DNA of 63,864 nucleotides, counting the filler, from Bigelowiella natans CCMP2755 (Eukaryota > Protista > Cercozoa): NCBI GenBank assembly GCA_000320545.1. It is 9 parts of 9 records of this genome, joined end to end, with 100 filler letters (N's around TTAATTAATTAA, not from the genome) between each part and the next. Parts side by side here need not be neighbours in the genome. Positions count along the whole stretch, not along the records: positions 1 to 20,806 come from ADNK01002622.1; positions 20,907 to 30,923 come from ADNK01000700.1; 7 more parts are not named here. One strand, 5' to 3'. The translations under genes and the position numbers were made by a program. Below the pieces are notes generated by a model, which saw nothing but the letters and a program-made list of their open reading frames with translations, had not been told where the DNA came from and made no database searches. Positions 9,679 through 23,793 of this stretch are shown one piece after another (position 1 is the stretch's first letter; each line of letters opens with the position of its first letter).

Positions 9679-11079
9679 ATTCTTTAGCGTTTAGGGTAAA
9701 AAATAATCTTGTAGCTTAGGGAAAGCAAGTTCAGTATATGTGCAAATCTTTAGTCTTCGCAGGAGTTTTCCGAAGGATGAGCATCGCGATGGTCGATATG
9801 ACAATAAGTGCGATATTTCTATTTATAGCCATAGGAGGTTGTTCTATTGAGAACCTATATCTTAATCATCCAGAATCGAATTCGTCACTATAGTCTTTGC
9901 AAGATTGTGCACCTCTCTGAAACTTAATGATGTGAAGTGTAAACATGATAAAATGCAATCTCCAGTAAAAAAAAAATCCGCAATGCTTTACTGTACGCTA
10001 CGATACCGCTCCGGCGCTGAATATCATATGTATATATTTATATTTATATTTATATTTATATGTATTATAATTGCATGCGCTCATTTCGCAGTGAACCCTG
10101 TTTCCATTCTTTATGTTCGCCGCATATACATGCTTGACATTATTACAATACGCGTAATATCGCATACGTGTCAAGTCGTTCCCATGCACGCACGCTAGCT
10201 GGCTGCTAGAGCAAGCTAGCGTGCGCCTTATACATTATTACAGGCTATCAATATTGTAATCATGTCAAGATGTTGACAATTGCTGCCATCGTCTAGCACA
10301 ATGTGCACGACGTACTAGTGCAACATGTCACGCTAGGCGCATCTACAAGCATAGCTAGCAGCAGCATAGCAGCACATACTAGCATACGATACACACGGAA
10401 ATTAGCAAGCAGGCTAACAGGATCTAGAGGATCTCTAGCATTTCTAGACTTCTCTAGTTCTTGCATGACAATAGTCATGCAGCTTGCTTCTTGTTTAAAT
10501 TTTTATGTTGTTTGTGAAATTTCATAAAATGCATGCAACATGCCACAAAAATAAACGTGTAATTATAAATGCATTTTTTGTTTAGCCCACCGTCTGCACC
10601 TGTTTTTTGGCCTTGTATTGTGTGCATTTCAATTCTATTGTTGACGTTTCAGCTGTTACTATCACCACTAGACAAATTCTTTGATTTCATAGCCTTTTCT
10701 CGAAGCGTCGATGGTGATAAAATTGATGAATATTGCTCGTAGAAGTCGTGATTTTCTCCTTATTGCGTACAGCTGTAGGGCGTTAAGTTATTATTACTAT
10801 ATAACTTTAATTATTCCATTTGTTTAGGTAAGGATGATGGTACTATTTAGACGTGATACTGGTGAAAGAGATGGTGCGGCTTAAGAGATTCGTCGTTCGC
10901 ATTTGAAAGAAAACATATGATTACTAACCACAGAAAGATGAAGAACATACTGGTTACTCTTCATCAAAAATAGCAATGCCAGATATGATTGGTTTCATGG
11001 TTATTATTATTATACATGCTGAAAGATCTTATCTCTTGACTCCGAAGTCGTCGTACCCGTTTCTACTACTTATACAATT

Positions 11080-11142
11080 TATCCTTCTGCTTTATTTATC
11101 AATACGTTGGACGTATGTGAATGCTGCAGTTGATCCATGTGT

Positions 11143-11178
<36 letters not shown>

Positions 11179-12549
11179 GGTAATATTATTGTACTTGCTT
11201 GTTTTGAGCAAGGAAGATTGGTATGCAATGAGTATTATTGTAACAGCAGCAGCAGCAGTAGTAGTAGTAGGAGGAGAGATTTTTCCTTGTCGGTGCGGCC
11301 GCTGCTGTTTCATCACGGTACTACTGCTTCAATACCAATAAAAACGTTGGCGTAGCATACTTGCGTGCTCCTTCTCTTTCTCTCTCACAAGCGAGGAAGA
11401 GGAGTGTCGTCGTCATCATCATCGTCATCATCATCGTCATCATCGTCATCATCACTAATGCGATTTGAGTTCTGGACAACACTTTGCCATTCCCCTCTAC
11501 CACTCACACGATCTTCCCTTCCTCCTCCTCTTTCAACATCACTAACGGCATTTCCTCCAGCAGTTGATGGTGCCATTGTTGTTGTATTTATAGTTGGGGT
11601 CGTAGTTATCGTCGTTTGAGCAGCAGCAGCACTATGAACAACAATGGGTTTGTTGGTCTCCTTTAGCTGCTGCAGTCCGACTCGCTGGGCATTAGTGTTT
11701 GAAACAGTAGCAGTGGTGGTACTGACATTGCTCTTGTTAATATTGCTCTTATTGTGAGTACCAGTGGTGGTAGTAGCTGCAAGTTTATTATTACGATGGT
11801 GATGATGATGATATCGCGGGGACTTGACGTCTCCCTCCCTTTTTATTACCGCAACAGCTTCTACCCAAGGTTGCTGCTGCTCTGTCAGGCTATCACTTTG
11901 AGGAATGAGGAGGAGGAGGAGGACAGAAGAACAAGCGCAATATATAGTGAGTGAGTTAAGAGTAAATCATGTTGTTGTTGTTGATGACAAGAAAAGAATC
12001 ATGGGGTCCATGAGGTTCTTACATGTAGGATGTCGATTGATCATAGCAGCTTCACCATACAAATACGAATAGTAGGACATAATCACACAAACACCATAAT
12101 AACTATTACCTGTCATCATCGTCCTCATCTCCTGGCAGCCACTGAGTAGAACTACGAGGCTAACGAAGGAAGGAGGAGGAGGAGTACATTGTACAAGATG
12201 ATGATGATGATGATGATGCTGAAAACACGACAATACCAACGACAACTAGAATGATGCGAGAGAAGCAACATTAGACACGTAGAAGTAGTAGTAGTAGTAG
12301 TAGTAGCAGTAGTAGTAGTGGTAGTAGCCGTAGTAGATATTGGCATTAAAATGGTAATTATGATGGGGTGTTGTTCTCCTCTTTCTTATTCGTACTACTC
12401 ATCGTTGTTACCACATGTCCTGCTTGACTGTTTTCGCTCTCTGAATTTGTATTACCAATGAATCAATGAATCAATTAGGATCACGATGATCAACGACCCA
12501 ATCAATTTGTACTTAAGTATATCATATAAGATTCATCATGCTCCCATAC

Positions 12550-12601
<52 letters not shown>

Positions 12602-12841
12602 TGTAGTAGTGTAGTAGTAGTAGTTGCAATTGTTGTTGTTGTTGTTGTTATACCTGATGGTGAGAATGCACGGCCAGAAAGATATTCCATATGCTGCTGC
12701 TGATCCGTTCCTATTGTTTGTTTGTTGTCATGGTAGAACGAAGAAAATATTAAGTATTGGAGGAAAGAAGAACAAAGAAGAAGAGAAGCACAGAGACAGA
12801 TGTGTGCACGCCCACCTCACACGCGCATAATACATATTCTT

Positions 12842-12895
<54 letters not shown>

Positions 12896-12912
12896 AAGCG
12901 GTGCGACGGTGC

Positions 12913-12956
<44 letters not shown>

Positions 12957-13455
12957 ATATTAATATTATATATTAATATAAATAGCGGCAGCAGTAGAAA
13001 GAGAAAGGAAGGAGGAGGAGGAGGAGAGAAATGACTGATACCCATCTCATCAAAGAAGTGTGATTCTCCATGCAACTGCCGCTTTCGGAGTCGCCTCACA
13101 GCTGATATCAACTTGCGCTCGAAACGTCTACCAATGTATGCATGAATGTTCGTATGTGTGTATCTTCTAGCTAGTAGTACAAGAATAATAACGATGATAA
13201 CGATGATGGTGATGATGATGATATGTTATTCTTATTCTTCTTATTATTATTGTTGTTGCTACCGTTCAGCAGCAGATGACAAGCATACATCATTCGAAAA
13301 TGACGATGAACAGCAGCAGCAGCAGCACCACGACGTGTGCAAACACCACGAGGAGGAGGATGTTGATCTAGAAAGTAGGGCAACAAAGAACCAAGAAGAA
13401 CAAAAACCAGGACAATTTATGAGTATACACAAACGAAGGAGGACTATCTCGATGA

Positions 13456-13488
<33 letters not shown>

Positions 13489-13979
13489 ACTGCACACCAC
13501 TAGTTTACACCCCCTCTTCCTCCTCCTCCTCCTGCTTTGCCTCTAGTTTCCTTGCTCATCACACCACGCATGTACTATACAGGAACAGGGCAGACATAAT
13601 AAATGAATATTAAAAATCTCTTTTCACTACTACCAATACTACTACTCCTCCTACCCGTGTAAATAGAAGTCATCGTTTTGAAAGGAAGAATAAGCAGCAA
13701 TCTGTTCCCACATTTGCTTCACTACTACTTCAAGACGCACGCGTTGAAACTCTCCTTCCCCATCACCATCGGTCATTTGCGAGGACATTCCACGTCCTAA
13801 TACCTAGCAGTGTAGGATTGTACCAATTCATCAAACGTCTATCGTGTTTTATATTAATATGCCGTGGTTGCTGCTGCTGCTGCTGGATGCACCTCCTCAT
13901 CGTCGATGTTATTTACTTATTTATTAGTAAGCTTTGTTTTCAATGAGGTGCTCAAGTAGTCCATATCACCATCGTGTTT

Positions 13980-14011
<32 letters not shown>

Positions 14012-14099
14012 TATCATTATCACACCACTCACCAAAATATACCCAATACTACTACTACTGCTACTACTACTACTACTACTACTATGGCAAGCCATCTAT

Positions 14100-14132
<33 letters not shown>

Positions 14133-14358
14133 CTTATTATTACCGCAATACCCAACTGGGCTGCCTGTGCCGCGTGACCAGTAGGTTTAGAATCATTGTT
14201 GTTGTTGTTGTTGTTGTTACTACGGAGATTGGTGCTTGATAGACTTCTTCTTCGTGATGATCGTAATACTCCTCCACCACCTCCCTTTCCTAATGGATAT
14301 GATCAACATTTGATGATGGTGATTGATATAGTAAATAAATCACACATTATCATGTCCA

Positions 14359-14390
<32 letters not shown>

Positions 14391-14449
14391 TCTCTACTAG
14401 TAGTGTTGTATCTTTTCATTGTCTTTATGGTCGTTTGTTCGGGTTACTA

Positions 14450-14481
<32 letters not shown>

Positions 14482-14591
14482 ACTTTTATCAATTCACCAT
14501 CTCACTACACTACTAACTCATATCAACTTATCAACTCACTACACTAACTTTTATCAAGTCACGATTTGGAGTAGTAGTAGTAATAGTAGTG

Positions 14592-14629
<38 letters not shown>

Positions 14630-14875
14630 ATCCATCTGGTCTCTAAAAGCTCCCCTTTCGTCGTTGTTGGCGGCAGCGCCTCCTTGCCACTTTACCATGT
14701 TCGCAGTGATGAATGCCGTGTTAGATCTAACAACAGCATCAACAAGCATTCCAAAATGACAATGATGATGATGGTGATGATCACTCAGTGGAGAACAACC
14801 AAACGTCGTTGCTTAATACCGCTTTACATTTCTATGTACATAAAATTTGCTGTTTCTTTGTTGAAGATTTTTCTT

Positions 14876-14924
<49 letters not shown>

Positions 14925-15944
14925 TGTGTGTGCGCTTATTATGCTACTAAGTGTGTGCATGCTTCCCTAACCCTACTACCCTTCTCCATTTGATTGGGTG
15001 GAACCAGAGCGCGGCAGCAACGACAAAGTGTAGTCGCCAGCATTGTTAGGGCTGCTAACATAACAAGGGAGAAAATTATCGTAAATGACAATGAGTGCTT
15101 GTGTAGTGGTGGTGGTGGTGATAATGGTTGTTGTTGTTGTTGTTGTTGTTTTTTTTGTGGTTATGATGATTGATAACGTACGTTGTGCTAAGAGGGACAT
15201 CCAGATAATACCTATTATGTTGTGATGATCATTGTCATCATTGTCATCATCGTCATCATCATCATCATCATTAAGTGTTGAAGGTGTTGAATGGAATGTA
15301 TGATGAAGGGAAGACTACTACTACTACTACTACCACTACTACATCATAACTCTAAGATTAGTACGGACTGTTGTTTAAGCGCTCGTAGCCAGGAGTTGTC
15401 GATGTCCATGTCTTCAATAGAGAACATGCGTGCAACTTGCCAGAATTCACTATAATCCACCAAACCGTCTAAATCCACACGCACCTGATAATTAATTATT
15501 ACCAACAACACCAATAGCAGCAGCAACAACCTAAATAAAACTATTGCAGGCACGATGACGATAATCATGATGATGAGGAGGGTGATTCTTTCTCTTTGTT
15601 TTTCCCCTAAAAATTAGTACTTACTGGTGGTGCTAGTAGTATTATTATCACTAACCAAACGGAATAGAAGATCAAGCTGTTCTTTGAGCTTGTTGTTTTC
15701 CTCCCTGGTCAACAATTGAGCGAGAAAAAGACCCACAATTCCACTTCCTAAGCCGAATACTGCTGCTGCAGCAGCAGCCTCTGCACTTGCCGTGTTAGTT
15801 CTCCACCACCATCCAAAGCTGACGACTTCACCTGAGAACAAAGAAACGAATACGACAGCGATGATGATGCTTAAGTAAGAATAACAACTCGTATTTAAGG
15901 GCCTGTGATTATCATTATCAGCAACTAATATCGACACACATCTT

Positions 15945-15979
<35 letters not shown>

Positions 15980-16477
15980 ATACTATAGTTTTCTTACTCA
16001 TATTGCAGATAACTCTCACTAAATAAATCAAGAATAAACATGTTCCAGTAGCACCGCACCCACTTTTTTTGCGGGAAAATCCAAGAATGAGAAGCAATGA
16101 TGATAATGATGAGGTCTAGTAGTAGTAGTAGTAGTACCTTTTCCTCCTGGTACATGTTGACTCCCCTCTTCCTCCTCCCCTAATGACCGTAGGGCTGGTA
16201 CCCAGACTGCAACCATGCTTATAATAACAGATATTGTCGCGCTGCGGAAATACAAGGATTCCTGCAAGCTGTGAACCCGAAAACTTCCGAAGACTTGTTC
16301 CAGAACTATCGGGGTGATGATACGCGGGGCGCAGTTGATCAATAGAGCGAGCAGAAGCGTAGCAAATGAAGAGATCTGGATATATGAGGAAGGAGGAGGA
16401 CTGATGTCAGCTAAAGCAGCAGCAGCAGCAGCAGCACATTGCTACGGGGAGAAACAGCAAGGTTAGTGTGATGTCAC

Positions 16478-16509
<32 letters not shown>

Positions 16510-17074
16510 AAAAATGTGTGTGTGTATGGTGCGAGTTTTATCTATAGACTTCTGCTGCTGTTGCTGTAAGCTACTGCAGCTTAGAATATGATGATGATGT
16601 TAATGAGAATGATGATTATGGTGATGATGTGCTGCTGCTGCTGCTGCTGGTGGTGGTGGTGGAGGTGGTGGAGGTGGATCATTCGTTCTACTTTGCTGAT
16701 TACTACCCCCCCCCCCCCCCCCCCCCCTCTTTTTTTTTCTTTTTTTTTCCCTCCCTGTCTAATTTATTACCGGGCCATCCAAAGACGCAAAAAAAGCATA
16801 TGCGAGCGCACAGATAGTAATGGAATTGCACAGGTACGATGGAGCCAACCGATCCGAGACGTGCAGTCCCAAGAACTATGATGTGTGTGTATGTGTGTGT
16901 GTCTGTGTGTATGTGTGCTCTGGTAGTAGTAGTAGTAGAAGTAGTGGTAGTAGTAGGGGTAGTAGTAGAAGAAGTACCGGTAGACCCAGCCCCAGAAGCG
17001 GCAGCATCCACACGAATAGCACGGGTACCTTATCATGTGATCATGATCATGAGCATGAGAACGATCATGATATT

Positions 17075-17121
<47 letters not shown>

Positions 17122-17433
17122 ATGACAGTGCTTATTATTATTGTTGCTACTACTATCATAAAAAGCACGCTGCTGCTTTATCACTACCCTACTACTACTT
17201 CATCGTCATCATCATCATTATCATCATCATGATGACCATGATTACCTGATCGTGCTTCCAAACCCACACAACCTCGTTAGAAGTACGTACTGAATGTGCT
17301 GCAACCGTGACCTGTTCGAAAGGAATCAATTAATCAATCAATCAATCACAGCAGTCATTTTGATAAAGATTCATGAGAAGCAAAACAGCTAATTACTGAA
17401 CGTGTTATATTGTCGGTAGCATACATGCAGCAG

Positions 17434-17472
<39 letters not shown>

Positions 17473-18609
17473 ACCACCACCACCACTGTTATCATGATGG
17501 GGTAGGTAATAGTACGATGTAGTGCCAAGAAGCTGCCAATGTGAGTCCAAGCCACACAGTGAGAGCCCGTGAACATAACTGATGATCTAGATAAGACAAC
17601 AGAAGAAGAAGAAGAAGAAGAAGAAGAAGAGAATGGGGGGCAGGGGAAGAAAAAGAAGAAGGAGAGGAAAATGCCGTTATCATCATGTACGGATCATCGA
17701 TGATAAATGTAATTGTAGTAGTAGTGGCAGCAGCAGCACTACTACATATGCAGGCAGTAGAACATCATTAATCTGATTCCTCCTCCTCCTCCTCCTCCTC
17801 CTCCTACTACTACTACTACTACTACTACTACTAATAGTGTGACAAGTATAACCGAGCAAGCTCAAGTCCCCCTACTTCCTCCCAGATTCCAGTAGGCATT
17901 AGCACCCCGCCGTCAGGAGCAGTGGAGACACAAACACTTTGTCTTACATCTGGATCTCTTAGTGTGTACGGCAGTACCACCGAGAATGCGGAGCAATCAG
18001 GGTAGTAGTAGCCACCTCCCCCTTCTCCTCCTCCTCCTCCCCGCCCTTGTGATCTCATAGAAAGCGGTGATGACCAGTTATTATTCATCATCCTGTTCTT
18101 ATGCTCAGGAGGAGTGCGTTCACCAAGTGGTGGGGGGTAAGCTGAGTGTGGAGCTCCTCGCATATGCTGCTGCTGCTGCTGCTGGTGGTGGTGGTGATAA
18201 ACATTTGATGCAGATTGAGTTGGTTGGGAGGAGGAGTTTTGTTGATAAGGGGATGATGATGATTGTCCATCATGTCCCCCCCCCTGTGGAGAGAGTGAGC
18301 CGGAAAGACCACCACCTCCACCAAAACGACCAGTTGTGCCTGCAACAACATATACAACAACAACGACAATATCATTTTGTGAGTGTGAGTGTGAGTGCAA
18401 GTGTGAATTGTGCATGTGTGTGTGCATGTATGTGAGTGCGTGTGCGCGTGTGTATACATTGTACATCGTGCGCTCGTGATTCAAAACAACAAAATCAATC
18501 AATAAATACAGCTCTCATTCTCTCCCACTCCTCCTCCTCCTCCTCCTCCTCCTCCTCCTCTTCTCTGATTTGACCTACTACATTGGATATTGCCCCTACT
18601 GCTAGTACT

Positions 18610-18643
<34 letters not shown>

Positions 18644-19635
18644 ATACAACAAATACGACGTATTACGCGTGCCATCTGAAAGTTCCTGACAGTGCCCCCA
18701 GTTGGTATCAGGAGTGTCCCCCACCACCAACACATACAGCATACATCCTAACAACATAACAAAAACAACAACAACAACAACAACGTATGGATGACGATGC
18801 TTGAGGGTAAGAAGGCAAGCAATACATATTCTTTGGATTTTTGTACCCCAAAACTCCCATTATCATTATTATTATTATCATTATTATTATTATTATCTTA
18901 GTACCTGTCAGGAAGGAGAATACACCGAGGGCGGTAAACAATGTCTTCATGCTCAAGATCTGTATAATAGAGATAATAATTTATTGCTGCTGCTATCATA
19001 ATATAAATACCATGTAAACACTACGATGGCAACTCGAACGCCCCCTCCTCTTTTTGCTACCACCACCACCACCACCACCACCACCACTTATATTCCCGTG
19101 TGAACAAGTGTTGATATCGATGTAATTGACCACTTATATTCCCGTGTGAACAAGTGTTGGTATCGATGTAATTGTATAAAATCAACTACATGCTTTCTGT
19201 AGATAGTCCCTATGATCGCAAAAACTATGGGTGAAGCTTCCGTGCTAGCCATCACGAGAATTCGGACAGTCGCGCGGCTGCAAAAACCACACACGCATAG
19301 AGAAGAGGGCGGGGGGGCAGTGATAACAGCCTGTCATGTTTCATCATCATCATCAGCAGCAGCAACAGCAGCAGCAGCAGAAGCATCCTCATCCCAATAA
19401 TATATGGAGATTAAGGAAAGGCTAAAAGACTCTGATGCAGCAGGTAATCATAAGACTGCTGTTGAATTCGTTCTGCTCTTTCCTTAGCAATTTTTATTCC
19501 TGACCGGTTTGGGTTGAAGGACTTATGCATCTGCAAGATTGATTTCAAGATGCCTGACCCAGCCCATGCAGAAACCGCAAACCTGTAGTAGTGTGATTCA
19601 CCGGAAAGAGAAAAGAAGCAAGAATGAGAGAGAAT

Positions 19636-19685
<50 letters not shown>

Positions 19686-20540
19686 GGGTGGGGGGGGGGT
19701 GAGCGTCGTTGCTAATTTGCTCCTCTTCCTCCTCCTCCTCCTCCTCCTGCTGCTGCTGCTGGTGGATTTGGCTTCAGGTAGTTGTCCATGCAGTTGCATC
19801 GGTGAATCAGCAGCAGGTAACAATACTACTAATACCACTAATAATGTGTATACCCGCTCATACAAATAAAGTCGTCGTGGTTGGCTACTAAGAACCCCCA
19901 TGAGATGGTCAGGAGTACCGATGCTGGTAGGTGAGAGGAGGAGGAGGAGGAGGAGGAGGAGGAGGAGGAAGAACTTGTGTGTCATCATCATCACATACAG
20001 AGCATCGGAACAAATTTATTTCCCATTTTATGTAATTTTCTCCTTCATGATCCTTCGAGACTACTACTACTACTAAAAAGTAGTACTACTAGTAGTATAA
20101 TACCTGGAAGAGCTATGCCAGCTGTACCGAAAGCACTGTCCTCCAGTATTCGCCAAGTATAGATTCCTGAGTTAAGTTCAAATAGATCATCAATTATTTA
20201 TTACGGGACACAACATATGAATCACAATGGAAGTTAGGGTTATCATGATTATGATTATGAGAATAGTAGTAGTATTACCTATATATGAGATCCATAGAGC
20301 CAGCAAAGCGGTCGACGATATCCAAGCCGCCTGTAGGATCATCATTTGCATAGAGAGAGAGCGAGTTTCTCAATAATAAAACGTCGTAATTGATGGGATG
20401 TGTACGTGTGTGTGTGTGTGTGTTTGCCGGGAGTTGGGGCAAGGTGGAGGGTACGATGAGGTTTTCATGTCGCCGTCACCTGGATCCGGCAATCGTTGCC
20501 ATAACAGTAACTCTCAAATACACGCTCGCTCCTGGATAAA
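11080..20540 (-). CDS. Large multi-exon, multi-pass membrane protein of unknown family with an EF-hand-like loop; boundaries approximate, 5' end probably in the gap
   Basis: More than 20 AG/GT-bounded coding-like islands among microsatellites: [116 protein letters not shown]. Confidence 0.6.
19083..19174. repeat. 46-bp tandem duplication in an intron
   Basis: accacttatattcccgtgtgaacaagtgttgRtatcgatgtaattg twice, with one mismatch. Confidence 0.9.
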
Positions 20541-20558
20541 ATATAGATTTATCAGTAA

Positions 20559-20673
<115 letters not shown>

Positions 20674-20698
20674 GGGGGGAGGGAGAGAGAGAGAGAGA

Positions 20699-20735
<37 letters not shown>

Positions 20736-20771
20736 CTGTACATGACTTGTCCTCGACGCGAGACACACACA

Positions 20772-20806
<35 letters not shown>

Positions 20807-20906
20807 NNNNNNNNNNNNNNNNNNNNNNNNNNNNNNNNNNNNNNNNNNNNTTAATTAATTAANNNNNNNNNNNNNNNNNNNNNNNNNNNNNNNNNNNNNN
20901 NNNNNN
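20807..20906. other. Artificial contig spacer N44-TTAATTAATTAA-N44; also at 30924, 40647, 49103, 53637, 57942, 60546 and 62522
   Basis: Eight identical 100-bp blocks whose core gives stops in all six frames. Confidence 0.98.
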
Positions 20907-20940
<34 letters not shown>

Positions 20941-21057
20941 TATACAAGTGTTTGAGGTTGTGTGTAAGTACGCTTACTACCGCTGCGGAAGTCATCATCC
21001 ACTCCTGCGTTAAAGGACAAATGGCGGTCGTCATTGACAAGATAAAACCACAAATAC

Positions 21058-21101
<44 letters not shown>

Positions 21102-21369
21102 GAATAAATATAAATATAAAGAAATATAATATATATATAATATTGTTTATATCATTTTCTCTAGGACTCAAATTGTGAGCTTAGATTTTTTTTTCGAAAA
21201 CGCCGTATGTGTGTGTAGATGGGTGCGTGCAGGTGAATCAATGCCTTTGCTGTTAGCAATAGCGATTTCCCTTCCCTCGATCAAGCCGTAATAGCCCTAC
21301 ATTTTATCATTTAATCAACAAGATTTCTTTCCCCTTGATCTTAAGGCGCTTGCCATTGTGGTTCTTAGC

Positions 21370-21738
21370 GTCGATTAAGATGCACATCACAAAAATGAGG
21401 GGCTCTCCCATTGACGGGGAGAGAAGGGCATCGTCAAATGTTGCCCTTTCGAGGAGCACTTTTGATATTCACTCAGACAAAATACATCCTTCCCCCCCCC
21501 CCCCCTTTCCCCCTTTCTCTGTCGTGTCATCACCATCAAATTGGAGCGATATTCGCAGGGCTCGAACGTTGCAATCTCTGCTTCTAGGGCCCCTATGTTA
21601 TGCACATTAAATGGATAAAATTGACGATGATACGATTCTGCGTATGCAGGGAATCTACCTTGTAACTTCTCGGTGCGAGCGCCCATTCGCGACATGGCAA
21701 ACATCTAATAACAGTATTAAATATCAAAATATATGTAC

Positions 21739-21770
<32 letters not shown>

Positions 21771-22867
21771 CGTGATCGCTGTTGTCGTGATCTTTAGGAC
21801 ACATCACCTGCGTTGAGTTGAAGAGGATGTTTACAGTTTCGTGTGGATTTTCTTCCGGCACAAATCCGGTAAGGGGGGGGGGGGGGGGGAAGAAGAGGTA
21901 ACAATATAAACTCGGTAAAATATGCGTATATGAACTCTCACGCATATATTCAAAGATATTTCCCGTAGATAACCACCCCTCCACCCCCGCCCCGCACATA
22001 CTATCACATTCCTCACAATTTGCACTTACTACCATAGTTGAGGAGATATTTGTCGTTCTTTTCGTTTCCATAGTTGATGTACACCGGCTCTCCTGGCAAG
22101 AACCATCGGATGATAGGCAACCCATCAACATCAAAACGGAGAAGTAGAGGAAGATAATTCACGCCCGGTGGCATGTATGCGAGCTAGTGGTGCCATATGG
22201 AATTAGCAAAAGTTCCGTCGCAATCGATTCGAGTACACATCCCTCCTCCTTCCCTACTATCACTCCTACCGACCCTCGGCGATATCCTTCGTTGCGAGCA
22301 GTGTGAGGTATCCATTCTCCAGCTGCACCTCCGCATTAGGTGTGAAGCTTGTTGCGGTATATGCGATTGGGTGGGGGGAAGAGGAGAGGAGAGGAGTCAC
22401 CGCGAGCACGAGAACAAAAGCAAAAGCATTTCTTATTTTGTAGTGTGCTTTGCCGTGCTGCTGTCAGTCCACAACATGCATCATCATCACCATCCACCTG
22501 TGGCGGCAAAGGTCTATCAGAGGGCCGAAGAAGGTGCCTAAGAGAGAGTGGAGGGGATGCGAGAAAGCTTGCTGTCACATTTGTTGTGACTGTTGTTCGT
22601 GGCGCATATTCCTACTACCTCTCAGGCTGAGATCCAACGTTCTTGAAGTCGCAGTAGCGGCTCCCCATCTCAGTATATCATGGTCGATGTGTACTCTATA
22701 GGATAGTGACGACGTTTGCATGTGTTGTGTGTTGTGTGTTGTATGTTGTGTGTGTGTGTGTGTGTGTGTGTGGAGAAGCAAGTATATGTTTATGCTGTGC
22801 AGCTTTATAGGTTCTTGATGGTACTTTTATTTGGGTGCATTATTTTGATTCGATAATATGAGAGAGG

Positions 22868-22903
<36 letters not shown>

Positions 22904-23178
22904 AAAGCGAGGGAGAAGAGGTGTAGATAACCCCCCTTTCTTTTCCCATATTTATTCGTTACATTTGTTTTAAAAAAAAATAACTATCCATTGAGGCACA
23001 ATCTCTACAAACATTCAAATCACTTAAACACGCCACACTAAGTAGCACACACCTGCCAGCTGCAGCTAGAAGCGTGCTGTTGCTTTGTATCACCTAATTC
23101 GATGGGAATCCATCAAGGAAGAGGAAGGAGGAGGGGAGGGGAGGGTGGGAGGAAGAGCGAGGGGGAAAATCGTGCATT

Positions 23179-23218
<40 letters not shown>

Positions 23219-23314
23219 TCGCTTGAGAAAGAGATGTCTTCGCGGGGATATATATTGCACGATATCTTGCTTTCTCCTGGTTGCGGCGGAGTGTGTGCGT
23301 GCGTGCTTGGTGGA

Positions 23315-23358
<44 letters not shown>

Positions 23359-23755
23359 GGATGATCGGGTGGGGGGGGGGGAGGGGGGGGGGGGGGGGGA
23401 GAGAGAAGGAGAAAAAAACTTTGTATGTGCTCCCTGGGATGGATAGCAAGGATTAAATGCGGCGTGCTGACACTCTATGCTGATGAGAGGTAGGTATGCC
23501 CAGATGTCCAGAGAATATATATTTACTATAACAACGACAGTTACCTTGTGGAGAAAAGGCTAATGATACTCCTCTCGGGTTCTGTATCCCCAACTACTGC
23601 CGCATACACATATATACTCTATATTCTTCAAATGCTGGGTCTTTCCCTTGAGAAGAAGAAGAAGAAAAAGAATGAGAACAACCTGTCTTGCAGCCACCAT
23701 CTCCTCCTCAGCGTCTAGAATCGCTCCAAGATACCTGAAGTCGGCCGCAAGTAGG

Positions 23756-23793
<38 letters not shown>

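Noticed and set aside
19083-19174. CRISPR-like repeat
   Set aside because: Two adjacent copies with no spacer, in a eukaryotic intron.
20851-20862. Recurring TTAATTAATTAA palindrome as a biological motif
   Set aside because: It is always centred in N runs of identical length, so it is an assembly spacer.
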